Source: Craspedostauros australis (taxonomy: Eukaryota). From it: a stretch of 36,953 nt of DNA. The stretch is from the NCBI GenBank assembly GCA_030167865.1, contig JALAGF010004526.1:62001-98953 (forward strand), in the 5' to 3' direction. The position numbers and the translations under genes are program-made. A model generated the notes under the pieces. The model searched no databases. It saw only the letters and a list, made by a program, of their open reading frames with translations, and was not told where the DNA came from. Shown piece after piece: positions 9,691 through 21,100 of the stretch (position 1 is its first letter; each line of letters opens with the position of its first letter).

Positions 9691-10526
9691 ACCATGCATT
9701 GAGGGGGAAAATACCACATGGTACATACAGCCCTACACGATAGCGCTGAATACGCACATCACGATGCGACATGACACGACACGACACGGCACCATCCGCT
9801 CTTCGCAGTGGCCAATTTTGCCTGATTTTCACAATAGGTTGAACCGGGACAATAGCTCCTCCTGCTTTACCAACATACTCGTACTATTCGTTCTCGTGCT
9901 CTTGTCGCTGGATGCACAGATTGCTTCGTACAACAGCATGTCGTGCGTGCGTGTACGATCCATGGTGTCATGAAAGCACTCACGAAACAGTTCACACTCT
10001 GCAGATACAAAAGATGATGGTGATGTCTCTTCGTGGATTTCGGAGAACCAGAACAGTTTTCTCTGCATCCAGTCGTGTATCTGAATTCGCTTGTTCTGTG
10101 AGGTTGAAACACGTCTGACAGAAGGAACTCATATAGACCCATATGGAACTTGCCCTTCGTGTCGTGGGTGCAACCAAGTCACGGGTTCCACAAGCTTCCA
10201 TCAAAATCCACAGCGGAAGTCCCAAATCCAGACTTCGACGATGGCCATCGCCGCGAAGGGAAGAAAGGCACACGACGAAATCAACGACGACGCCAACAAG
10301 AGAGGCACCACACTTTGGCTGACTCTTCACCGTCGCCCCTTGCACAACAACCAAAACAAAGGAAGCCGAAACAATCGCAAGGCAAGAAGAAACGCATCGC
10401 TGCTGTTCGTCCGTGAATAGATCACTGCACAGCAACACAAACCAACTCCAAACCAACTCCAACCAAAGCAAAGCAAAGCAAACCACAACACAACACAGCA
10501 ACAACACAGCAATAACACTGCCCAAA

Positions 10527-11825
10527 ATGAGCTCCTACGTAAATCCAACCAGCGGCTCCGTGCAGCACTGCAGCGACATGTCGAAGGAATTCCCTGATCT
10601 CGCCGAACAGTACTACGACAACATCGCCAACTACTGCCAGCAAAAGCTGTGGCACCAGCTGACAATGCTGCTCCTCGACTTCCTGGAGAAGAAGGAGGAG
10701 ACTCTGAAAGTGACCGGCGCCAGCAACACCTTCGTGCAGCTGTACGAGCATGTCGTGCGGGCGGTGTCCAGCAAGCTGCAGCCGCTGGCGATGGCCAGAA
10801 TCGCATCCTCCGTGGCCATCGGGTCGTTGGACAAGAGCGTCCAGCCGTCCGGCACCGTCGGGGCCGCGGAATTGACTGCCTCCAAGGCCATCCTGGAATC
10901 GTTGCTGAAAGAGATCGCCGACGACCGCGCAAATCCCAACCAGGCGGCCTACTTCCCAGCCAAGCTCTTCCTGCAATCGCGGCTTTCCTTGATCACCTTG
11001 ACGCAGGGTCGACCGCTGGACCCGTCGCCGTCCATCGCACCGAGCAAGGAGGATCTGGCGGCCGTGTACGCCACCATGAAAGAGACCGCCGCCATGCTGG
11101 ATCAATGGTCATCCGACACGCCAGAGGCTGCCATCGTGCACGCGACCCACTACGAGACAAGCATGACGTATTACAAGCTCGCCGGACTCCCAGAGGCGTT
11201 CTACGAGCAAGGAGTGTCCTACCTCAATTACGCGCCGGAGGAGGCATCCAGCTATCAGCACCAGTTGGCGGTCGATCTGTGCTTGGCTGCCCTCATCGGC
11301 GAGGGCGTTTACAACCTTGGCCAGGTGGTCACGAATCCTGTGCTGCTGTCCCTCAGAGGAACACAGGATGAATGGCTGCTCAGCTTGCTGGAATCCTGCT
11401 CCAAGGGAAACGTGGCGGAATTTCGGCAGCTCGTGCAGACCACGTACGCGTCGCAGATCGCCGCACAACCAGCCTTGGTGAACCGCGGTCAGGCCCTGCA
11501 AGAGAAGATGACCCTCCTTGCGCTGGTGCAGATGGTGTTCGAGCGACCCGCCAGCGAGCGAACGCTCAAGTTCAGCGACATCGCGCAGCGCTTGGATGTG
11601 CCCGCCGAGCAGGTGGAGTGGATCCTCATGAGAGCATTCTCTGTCAAGCTCGTCGAAGGCAGCATGGATCAGGTCGATGAGAGCGTCCACGTCACGTGGG
11701 TCATGCCGCGCATCTTGTCGCCGGATCAAATGAAGGAGCTGGGAGGCAGATTTGGTGCATGGGCGCTCAAGGTCAACTCCACCAAGGACTACATGCGCGA
11801 GGAATGCCCTGCACTCACGGCCTAA
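10527..11825 (+). CDS. RPN9: 26S proteasome regulatory lid subunit RPN9/PSMD13
   Basis: QKLWHQLT N-terminal motif, DLCLAALIGEGVYNLGQVV, and a C-terminal PCI domain (RTLKFSDIA...VEWILMRAFSVKLVEGSMDQVDESVHVTWVMPRIL). ATG at 10527. Confidence 0.93.
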   Translation: MSSYVNPTSGSVQHCSDMSKEFPDLAEQYYDNIANYCQQKLWHQLTMLLLDFLEKKEETLKVTGASNTFVQLYEHVVRAVSSKLQPLAMARIASSVAIGSLDKSVQPSGTVGAAELTASKAILESLLKEIADDRANPNQAAYFPAKLFLQSRLSLITLTQGRPLDPSPSIAPSKEDLAAVYATMKETAAMLDQWSSDTPEAAIVHATHYETSMTYYKLAGLPEAFYEQGVSYLNYAPEEASSYQHQLAVDLCLAALIGEGVYNLGQVVTNPVLLSLRGTQDEWLLSLLESCSKGNVAEFRQLVQTTYASQIAAQPALVNRGQALQEKMTLLALVQMVFERPASERTLKFSDIAQRLDVPAEQVEWILMRAFSVKLVEGSMDQVDESVHVTWVMPRILSPDQMKELGGRFGAWALKVNSTKDYMREECPALTA

Positions 11826-12744
11826 TCATTCATCTACTTTACGCACACGTACCATACCGACACAAGCCACTTTGTACGCACACTCAAATAGGGCATGAGT
11901 AAGGAGAGAAGCACCGGTTGGTACTCTATCGCCAATGTGCCGATTCTGGAGAGCAGACACTCTCTTCTGATTTGGTAGCAGCAAGTAAACTGCAATCTCA
12001 TACTCATCCGCATTGATATCATCGCGTACACTTGGAACGAACCGTGTCAGAGTTCCTGTTTGGTCTACCATACACGCCCATACCATGCCTTCATGTCTGC
12101 TATCTACTCGCAAGCGACCTGGCATCTCCAGAGTGTGGCGTACTCGATTCGGATGCCCGTTCTTTCTACTGTATCACAGATTGGGATCTCCTCCGTGCTG
12201 CGCAATGCCATGCCATCCATCAACCAACTGAACGCATCAGCAGCACGACAATTCAAATTCAATCTCCGCTCGCCACGATGCGTGGTTTTTGAAATGCAAC
12301 TCATGGCTTGGTTGGAGATATAGTACATCTGCGCCCAATGGAAGATGCTCCCAAGTTTACTCTTCTGTGCATCTCTTCAGAATTCCCCGGCGCCTCCTCC
12401 TCTATTGCATTATATATTCACTGTTCATAGTCGTACGGAGTATAGTAGGTGAGATCAGTGCTTGGCAGAGCATGTTGTGACGTGTCTCGTGTCATCGAAT
12501 CATGGGTGGAGGCTACGGATTCGACTCAACGGATTTGCGATGTCAAAAAAGATCTCGCCAAAGATCGCTGCGTCAAACAAAAGAAGAACGAAGAGATGGC
12601 TCTCGTACGAGCGTCAACCTGTTTTTGACACGTCCACAAATTGAACCGTGTCTGTCTCTCTTGCTGATGTCACAAGAGGAGGTTCATGCAGGGGAGGAAA
12701 GAAAGGAGACACCGCGCATTACGGGCTATTCCACTCTACATACA

Positions 12745-12772
12745 AGAGAGACAGAGAGAGAGAGAGAGAGAG
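12745..12772. repeat. (AG)n microsatellite just upstream of the Deg protease start
   Basis: AG dinucleotide run with one interruption. Confidence 0.85.
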
Positions 12773-12803
12773 GCAACGAAACAAGAATCAAAGCAGGATC
12801 ACG

Positions 12804-14779
12804 ATGAAGACCATCGGCGTGAAGATCGCGACGGCACTTGGCTGCGCCGCGGCAATTGCCGTGCTTCAAGCTTGTTCCAGCAGCAGCGGCAGCAACAATG
12901 GCGTCACTGCCTTTGAGTATCCCAGAGTGCCATTCCTCGCGCCGAGCAAACGCGTGGATCCCCTGAAAGCGCAGAAAGGCGATGGTGCCAATACCAGCAG
13001 GGCAGAGAATGGTCCCAGAATCGTGGGAGGCAACCACGTTCAGAAACCCATCTACAGTTTGGGAATTGGCGCCAAATCGTCGGCATTCTCGCGTGACGCT
13101 CGCAGGCACATCCAAAATGAGGATCCATCGGACATCGATTCCATCATCGACAACAGACGACGTGGAATTATCGCGTCATCACTTGGCATGGTCTCATCTG
13201 CGTTGCTGGGCGTTCGCCAGTCGTCAGCCTTCGGTGAACGCAATGAAAACACGGTCGTGCTGGAAGATTCGGAGGCACGTCGCATCGACATATTTGAACG
13301 CACGGCACGTTCCGTCGTGTTCATTGATACCTTCACTCAAAAGCAAGATGCATTCTCAACCAACCTGATGGAAATCCCATTGGGGTCTGGTTCTGGTTTC
13401 GTGTGGGATGATGATGGTCACATTGGTGAGTCAACTGAAGGTGTCGGAAGGGTCAATGAATGAGAAAAAACAAAGTACACGTGCCCATGAATCCTTCCTC
13501 TCACCAATGTTTTCGTTTTCATTTTTGTCTGTCTGTTTTTGCTCACATTTTCTGCCATGCCTACCTATTGACACCTGTACTCGTACTAACGTTGGCACCT
13601 ACACCTCATGTCTCTTGCCTAATCCATCGATCTATCGAACAACCATGGTTGTTCGTTCCAATGTATCACATATCTCCTGTTCTGGTAGTCACCAACTATC
13701 ACGTTGTGCGCAATGCCAACTTTGCACAGGTTGCATTGATCACGCCGACGACGGGGAAATACGCAGTCACTGTCCCCCCTCGAGCACAGCCATCGCCATC
13801 ATCAAACGTCGAACCAACCGACGCGACTTCAGATCCAGATGTCACCAACACGCCCATCGATGTGTTCGAGCCAACCACGAAACCCAACGATGGCATCATC
13901 CCGTATACATCCGCCAAACCGAACGACAACATCAATGCAAACTACCGCCGCACGGTATACAAGGCCAGAGTGGTAGGTGTAGACCCCGGCAAGGACATCG
14001 CGGTGCTCAAGATCGACGTGCCCAACGAGGCAGAAATCGTCCCCATCCCCATCGGCTCATCGAATGGGCTGCGTGTCGGGCAGAACGTCATGGCGATCGG
14101 CAACCCCTTCGGACTGGATCACACCCTCACCTCCGGCATCATCAGCGGAATTGGGCGCGAGGTCCGCAGCCCCATCGGGCGGCCCATCAACAACGTCATT
14201 CAGACCGATGCCGCGATCAACCCAGGCAACTCCGGCGGCCCTCTGCTCGATTCATCCGGCAACTTCATCGGCATGAACACTGCCATCTTTTCACCTTCCG
14301 GTGGCAGCTCGGGGATCGGTTTCGCCATACCATCCGACACGGTCAAGTACATCGCCACCTTGCTCATTCGTGACGGCAAGATCGTGCGCCCCATCCTCGG
14401 TATCAGCTACTTGGAATCGAAGCAGGCTCGCGCGCTGGGCATCAACCGCGGCGTGCTGGTACTGGACGTTCCCCCCAATAGCGCGGCGTCGCGCGCTGGC
14501 ATGAAGGGAACCCGGCGTACCGAAACAGGATTAATTGAGATCGGCGACATCATCACGATGGTGGGTGACAAGGTGATCAACGCGGAGGCGGATCTGTTCC
14601 AGGCGCTGGAAGGATACAAGCCGGGTGACATGGTGTCGGTGCGCGTGAGCCGCTTCGAGGCGGTGGAGGACAAGCTGGTGACGAAGGATCTGAAGCTATC
14701 CATGGAGCTGCAGTCCAGCGAGAGCATTGCGAAGTTGAGCCAGTCCATGAACACCAACAGCAACATGTATCAACAGTGA
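12804..14779 (+). CDS. Deg/HtrA trypsin-like serine protease with PDZ domain, plastid/thylakoid-lumen type (Deg1/Deg8-like); exons 12804-13425 and 13689-14779
   Basis: Splicing GTGAGT(13426)...TAG(13688) restores GSGFVWDDDGHIVTNYHVV. Triad H (TNYHV), D (DIAVL), S (GNSGGPL); C-terminal PDZ. Signal peptide ending VTA-F, then RRR plus a hydrophobic stretch ending SSA-F. Confidence 0.92.
13426..13688 (+). other. GT-AG intron (263 bp) in the Deg protease gene
   Basis: Joins two ORFs in the correct phase inside the conserved GHIVTNYH motif. Confidence 0.9.
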
Positions 14780-15056
14780 TGCTTGCTGTTCCATGTATAG
14801 TATAATACCACGCGTACTCGTAGCATGATGCGACTACCACTGCGGTGAAGCTGGAGAGAGGCATCCATTTACCATTGTCTTCATTGCTATTCTGTTACAA
14901 ACATCAAGGTAGACCTCGATTTTCTCTTCACATGTGTAACTTTATGCGATGTGACGTAACGTTAAGCAACGTAGCGTGTACTCGTGATGCAGTCCCAAAG
15001 TCTGCGATCCTCGCGAACACTGCATCACAGCGCGCCTTCCCATGCAGCATTGCATT

Positions 15057-17096
15057 CTATTTGTAGTCGAGCAATTTGTCGCTGCTGATCTTGGCCATCG
15101 GATCATCGCCACGTCCCTTCCGCATTCGGTACGCTTCCATTTCTTCCGCAGTCACATCCGCCTCGGAATCCAGCGAATTGTATTTGCGTTTTCGTTTGTC
15201 GTCGCCGGCTTCCTTGTTCTTCTTCTCCTGCTTCTCCAAGGCCGCCTTGAGCTTGTCCTTGTCCAAATTCTCGATCTGGCCCTGGTCAGCATCGCCGTAC
15301 AGTTTGGACATGGTCGCGCTGGGCGGTGCGCCTGCCGATAACGTGCTGTTCTTGCTGGTTGGCTTTGGCATCGCCTTGAGGAGAGCCCGTGCCTGCGCCA
15401 GCGCGGCTGTGCCGGCAGAGCCAGTTCCGTACCGCAGCTTGTTGGACTCGTCGTTGGCGCGGCGTCCATTTTCACCTGTGCAGTACGAACTGCGGATCAG
15501 CGAGTGATCGTCGCCGTAGCCCCACGCGAATGCACCAATGTGGAAGAAACTACCCCAAACGGTGGTGTGGCCGTTGATGAAGATGTCCTCCTGGTACTTG
15601 GACTTTTGCGCGATATTCTTGCTCTTGCCGCCGTTGACGCCGCCCTTGATGAGACGTCCGTCGCGGCTGTACTCCTCGGGCGTCATGCTGACACCGTACC
15701 GCGTCTTGCGTTCGGCGGCCATGTTGGCGAGCTTTTTCTTGTTGCTAGTGCTGCCGCCGCTGCTGGCATCGGCAAGACCGTCCGTTCCGTCGAGGTATTC
15801 TGCACCACCGTACTTGCTGAGGACCGCCTGCTTCTTCTTCATCTTAAGGTCAGCGGCCTTGTTCTTGAACTTCTTGTTGAGAAGTTCCGCCTGCGATGGG
15901 TTGGCCTGCGCGTGGACCTCGTCGATACCCTTGGATTCGGCATCCCATGCAAACATCTGCGTGTCGGCGAGCTTGACGGCGTCTCCGGATATTCTGGCAA
16001 AGTTGTCGCCGGCAAACTGCGCATCCTCTGGCGCGATTTCCGGATTTGGATTGTCACGCATACTGCGCGATTTGGGATCGTAGTGAGCGGAGTTGACATC
16101 GAGGTTGCGGAGGTACTTGGCGGTGTCTTCGCGGATACGCAGGTTACGCGCCGTGACTTTCATCTGCGCACCACCGACACCTCCCTGGCGAGCAAGGCGG
16201 GACGTAATGACCTTGTCATCCTCATCCTGCTGCACGAACTCCTCATCGCTGTCGCTCTCCACGTCGGAATCCAAATCGGAATCGGAGTCGCTGTCGAACT
16301 TCTCCTTCTTCTTGCCACCTTCGGCATCACCCTCTTCCCCCTTCTTCTTTCGCTTCTGCGCGTCCTGCTGCTTCTGCTCTGCCTTTTCCTTGGCGCGCAT
16401 CTGCCGACGGATGGCCTCGCGTTCCTGGAAGATCTTCTCGACCATCTTGGTGTGCGATTCGTGGTCGTAGCCGTGGTACTTGTCGCGCTTGCTGTCGAAG
16501 GTCTCCTTGCCGTGCACGCTGGCATCCAGCGACATGGCGCGGTTGCCGCTCTTGACCATCTTGATGCGCGGCTTCTTGTCGGCGAAGAGCTTCCCCTTGG
16601 ACTTGCTCTTCTTCTTGTCGAATTTGACCTTCTTCTCGAGGCTGCCGTCCTCGTACTCGAGGTCGAACTGCGTGCCCTTCTTGGCGATCTTGACGATCTT
16701 GCACATGCGGTAGGGGCCCTTGTTGTTCTTCATGGCCTCCACCCACATTCCGACGGCGAATTTCTGCTTGCGCTGCATCTCCTTGAACTGCTTGCGCTGC
16801 TTCTTGACTTCGGCGTCCACCGTGGACATGGACAGCTCCACGCGGTCCTTGTCGAGTCGCTGGTCGGCCTGATGGTCCAGCGACGGACCGGCATCCGCAC
16901 CGCCGGCATCGCCGCCTCCGAGATACCATGGTCGTTTGGTGATGAACTCGGGGTTGTGAGGGTTGATGATCTGGCCGGACTTGACGTCCACGGCCGGGGC
17001 CACCGTGCCTGCCTGACGGGCCTCCTGCAGGCCCCTCGCCTGCTTGCGGTCTGACATGGACTCCGTCACGTGCGACGGTGCGGAAGAGGTCGCCAT
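15057..17096 (-). CDS. SLU7: Pre-mRNA splicing factor SLU7
   Basis: INPHNPEFITKRPWY, FDSKRDKYHGY, RNLRIREDTAKYLRNLDVNSAHYDPKSRSMRDNP, SKYQEDIFINGHTTVWGS, and C-terminal VTAEEMEAYRMRK..DDPM. ATG at 17096. Confidence 0.95.
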   Translation of the reverse strand: MATSSAPSHVTESMSDRKQARGLQEARQAGTVAPAVDVKSGQIINPHNPEFITKRPWYLGGGDAGGADAGPSLDHQADQRLDKDRVELSMSTVDAEVKKQRKQFKEMQRKQKFAVGMWVEAMKNNKGPYRMCKIVKIAKKGTQFDLEYEDGSLEKKVKFDKKKSKSKGKLFADKKPRIKMVKSGNRAMSLDASVHGKETFDSKRDKYHGYDHESHTKMVEKIFQEREAIRRQMRAKEKAEQKQQDAQKRKKKGEEGDAEGGKKKEKFDSDSDSDLDSDVESDSDEEFVQQDEDDKVITSRLARQGGVGGAQMKVTARNLRIREDTAKYLRNLDVNSAHYDPKSRSMRDNPNPEIAPEDAQFAGDNFARISGDAVKLADTQMFAWDAESKGIDEVHAQANPSQAELLNKKFKNKAADLKMKKKQAVLSKYGGAEYLDGTDGLADASSGGSTSNKKKLANMAAERKTRYGVSMTPEEYSRDGRLIKGGVNGGKSKNIAQKSKYQEDIFINGHTTVWGSFFHIGAFAWGYGDDHSLIRSSYCTGENGRRANDESNKLRYGTGSAGTAALAQARALLKAMPKPTSKNSTLSAGAPPSATMSKLYGDADQGQIENLDKDKLKAALEKQEKKNKEAGDDKRKRKYNSLDSEADVTAEEMEAYRMRKGRGDDPMAKISSDKLLDYK

Positions 17097-18152
17097 CGTT
17101 GCTATTCTTGGTATGCGCTGTACTTGTACAATATGATTGAGTGTTGGATTAGTCGCACGCAGGTCGTGGAGTCGAGTTGAGTTGAGTTGAATATGGTAGG
17201 CTTGTCGGCCACGATGGAGCTTGCGGAGTTTGTGATTCTTCGTGAGGATTGGCAACAAGGTTGTGTTGGGCTGGTTTGGTTTGATTTGTTTTGGTGGGAT
17301 ACAGCGTTTGTCGGTTTCCGCGTTGTTGTGCGTTGGTTTTGCGTTTGTTCTTTGCGAGATGGGTGGTTGGGACACGGTTGGTCAATCAAGTCAAATACGA
17401 TTCATGTCCTGCTCTTTTGATCGAATGGATCGAATTGGAACCCGGATGTTGATTCTGTTTGGCATCAAGTTGTTGGCATCGGAAAATCACGAAGGCAAAA
17501 CACACACTCACGCAGCACGATGTGGAACAACACGCAACAACGCGCAACGAAACACGTGTGGTGTGGATGTTGCCGTTGCCGCCGTTTCAGTTTTGGAGGT
17601 TGTTGGTGTGGCACATGTCGGAACGCAGTTTGGGACGATTGGTTGCTCACCTCCATCCAAAGTTGAACGAGTGCTTTCCGTTGGAGCTGATCTGTCATTC
17701 TCTCACTTGAATGCACATACTCCACCGATCACCGTGGGTGTGGGTTTGAGATTTTGTTCGCTGTTGACAGATTTCGGCTCAATTGGCCTTTTGCATGCTT
17801 GGTGCTGTTTCACACTTCGCTGCACCTTGCACACGACAAGAGTACGTAGGTTGCTTTGGACATCAACACTGCTCGTGCTCGTGCTCGTACTCCGAACGTT
17901 TCATTCACCCGCATTGGAGACTTGCGAGCAGCAGGACACGAAGGCTCAACGGATTCGCGCTCGTTGAGAGACGATCTGGGTGTCGAATTGATGGATTTGC
18001 AAGGCCAACGAAGGAAAGCGGAGAGGACAGGAAAGGACGGAAACTCGGGACGGAGCCAATTGGGGCAGTGAACTGGGGCGGTCTCTGGGACAAGAAAAGG
18101 GCTGCAGCATCATCAACGACAAATAGAGGGGGCCTTGCTCGCAGGAACCGCC

Positions 18153-21100
18153 ATGACTTCGAAGCAAAGCGATAGCAATGGACTTGGCAAGAACGGAGAA
18201 AATGACGATGGCAAGCAGGATGAGGAAGATGAGAAGGGCCAGAATGATAAAGGTGGCGACGCCGCCAGCAGCTCTGATGAAGATGACGCGGATAGCGAAG
18301 ACGGAGCCAAAGCCAGCCTGATACCAAGAGAGTTGGTGGCCAAGCACAGAGCAAAGAGGAGGATAATGAAGGACCAAGCTCGTGCACGCGCACGTGCCCG
18401 TACTACCGCATGCATGAATGGAAATGCTGATCCACATGCCGCTGCTTGTGAAGATGCCGCTATAGCACAAGCTGACGATGACAGCACCGAGGCAAGTCTC
18501 ATTGAGATCATTCCGAAGCCTACGAAGCGCCCGAAGCTGCGGTTGACTCGCTTCAGCTGGCCGTCGAAGCGAAAATCAATAGCAATACCACCAACACCAG
18601 CAGCAGCAGCAACATCGCTCCCAGCTTCAGGAATCTCCATTCAGACGGGCGCTCTCCAAGGCTCATCTTCCCTCGGCATCAGACAACGGAACACAAATCG
18701 ACCAGCTGATAAATCAAGCCAAAGGTTATCATTTTCGCTGTCGCAGTCCGGGTCAGTTGCCACAAACACAGCAACGACGACAACGAAGCAAACCTCAGCG
18801 AATTACCAACTGCATCCCAACTCGAATATCACTTCTAATAAACCATCGCCAAAGATCAAGGGCAAAACCAAAGGCAAGACCAAGTGCAAGGGCAAGGACA
18901 AGACCAAACATGCGATTTCATTCCACCACCGCACACGATCAAATCGGAAACGGCCACTGCATGAGGATATTGATGTAGACTCTTGGAAATTGCCCGTCCC
19001 GTCAACTGCGTCGAGAGGCGATGAAAAGCTGGCACAGTTGGAGCAGAACTTCCTCATGTCCGACAGCTCGACCGATACCAACAATACCAACAGCGGCGCG
19101 CACAGGTCAACGAAGGAAAATCACGATGTCAATGTTGTTGCTCGGAATACCAAGCAACGGCAACGCTCCAAAACAAGGATACCAGAATCCATCACGGTCA
19201 AACCGTTGCCTTTGTCTGAACAGGCTGGCTTCAGCTCGGACAATGACAGCCTGACCGATGATGGCGAGCCCATTCAGCCACCAACCAATCCCAAACCTAT
19301 CGACCATCCGAAACAGGACCGGCTACCGCAGAACCAAGGAGGTAACGCACAGGATGTTGCGGACGAAGACCATCTCACTCCTCCCAACCACCAAGATGCC
19401 AATTGCGACCATACTCAAGTCTCCAAGACTCCCAGGGCTGCGAACACGGCAAGAATAAAGACCATCCCGATACCATCGGTTCGCACCGATACCAACAAGG
19501 AAAAAAGCGGTGCTATCGAACTACCCACACCCAGAATTGGGAACAAGGCCAAATCAGCAATCGACGACGATCCATCCATCCAGATATTGGAACCAGCAAA
19601 GGCAGACAGAGCAAATGCTACCATCGTCATTGACAATGATTCCACCACCGTTTCCGCTGCTACTACGGCCACCAACAACAGTATCAATAACGACAATAAC
19701 CCCGGCAAGCCAGCGAACTTGACGCATGCCGTGGACATGCTCTTCGCGATCTCCGACAAGAACACGATGAACATCAGATCTTTCTGCAAACAGGTCGAAG
19801 CCAACATACAGCGCAGCCTCACCAACAAGGAACACAAGCTGGTCAAGTTGAGGATACATGACTTCCTCAACGACCGCATCCCTTCGGTCTACCTGCGAAA
19901 GAATGATGCCACTCTCATGGACAAGAATGGCGCTCATAGCAGCAAGGTCAGCACGCCAGGCAAACCCGCAACAGCGGATGGTGACAGTGACAACGCTCGC
20001 AATGACCGCAAATCTCGCAGTGACTGCACCGACGCAGACAATGAGCAGGAGCGGAAAGAAGATAAAAATGACGGGGCCAAAAACAGCAGCGGACAATCCG
20101 GTGGTGATGCCCATGATAAAGACGCCACCAATGCCACCGGCAATATTGATGGTAGTGATGACATCCGCGATTCGCTTGCGGTGGAGATGAGCGGACTTGT
20201 AAACGCAGGCAATTTGGATCCCTTTCTTCCCAAAATCGACACAGAAAAGCTGAAGCAATTTGAAGCTCCACCAGAAGGATCAGCACCAACAAGGCAAAGG
20301 CGCAGGCGGACCAAAGCCGCAGCAGTATCGGCAGCAGTATCGGCAGCAGTATCGGCAGCAGCAGGAACAGGAACAGTATCCACGACGACCAAGCGCGGGA
20401 GAAAATCCGACTCGACCAAACGAAGCCAATCTAAGCTCACCAAGCAATCAACTGCCGCCGCCGTTGTCGACGCTGCCAATGGTACTGATGCGATGTGTCT
20501 ACCGGTAGCAAGGAAGACAAGCAGCAGGAACCAAAGCAACGGGGGCCCCATAACCGCTGCTGAAACCGCGGTCCCGAGCAAGACCGTCGCGAACAAGCAA
20601 GGCAAGAGAAAAGCCGCGACAAAGACGGCGACTCGGCCAAAATCGTACAGCCGCCGATATCGCAAGGGCAAATGCGCGTTGTGCACGACATGTCCGTGTC
20701 ACAATAAGCACGACCCGGAGACCACGTTGGTTGACCTCAAGAGCATGTCGCGATCAGATACAGCCATCGAACGTGCGCTGATTCGTCGTATACTGAAGTT
20801 GGAGAAATCATCCGAGCATATGGATGATCACATCGCAGTGGTGCGTCGCAAGCTGAAGAATCATCGGCGAGAGATGTGGATCAAGTACAACAAAGAAAAG
20901 ACCGCGGAACAGGATGCCATGCGACAAATGCAGCTGCGAAAGAAGAAGGCTGCGAAGGGCAAGATCGCAGGTTTGAGTGCTGCTGGGTTTGGAGGAGGCG
21001 GTGGTGATGCTGCTGCTGCTGCTGAATGCGCGTACGATTTCCTTCCTGACGCGCAAGCATTCGACAAGGTGCCCGTTGGGGTTGAAATATTGTCGAAGAA

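Noticed and set aside
9990-10526. Short ORFs and CAA/ACA-rich tracts upstream of RPN9
   Set aside because: Low-complexity A/C-rich leader sequence also seen upstream of other genes here; there are no protein motifs.
15504-17054. Long antisense ORFs (516 aa here; also 8788-9726, 10422-11105, 6550-7089, 5609-6484 and others)
   Set aside because: These are antisense or alternative-frame shadows of GC3-rich genuine genes, with no independent motifs.
20655-20702. YRKGKCALC in the gene next to SLU7 resembles the start of the missing SLU7 knuckle (YRKGACxNC)
   Set aside because: The spacing is CxxCxxCxCH, not Cx2Cx4Hx4C, and the match is too short to distinguish from chance.
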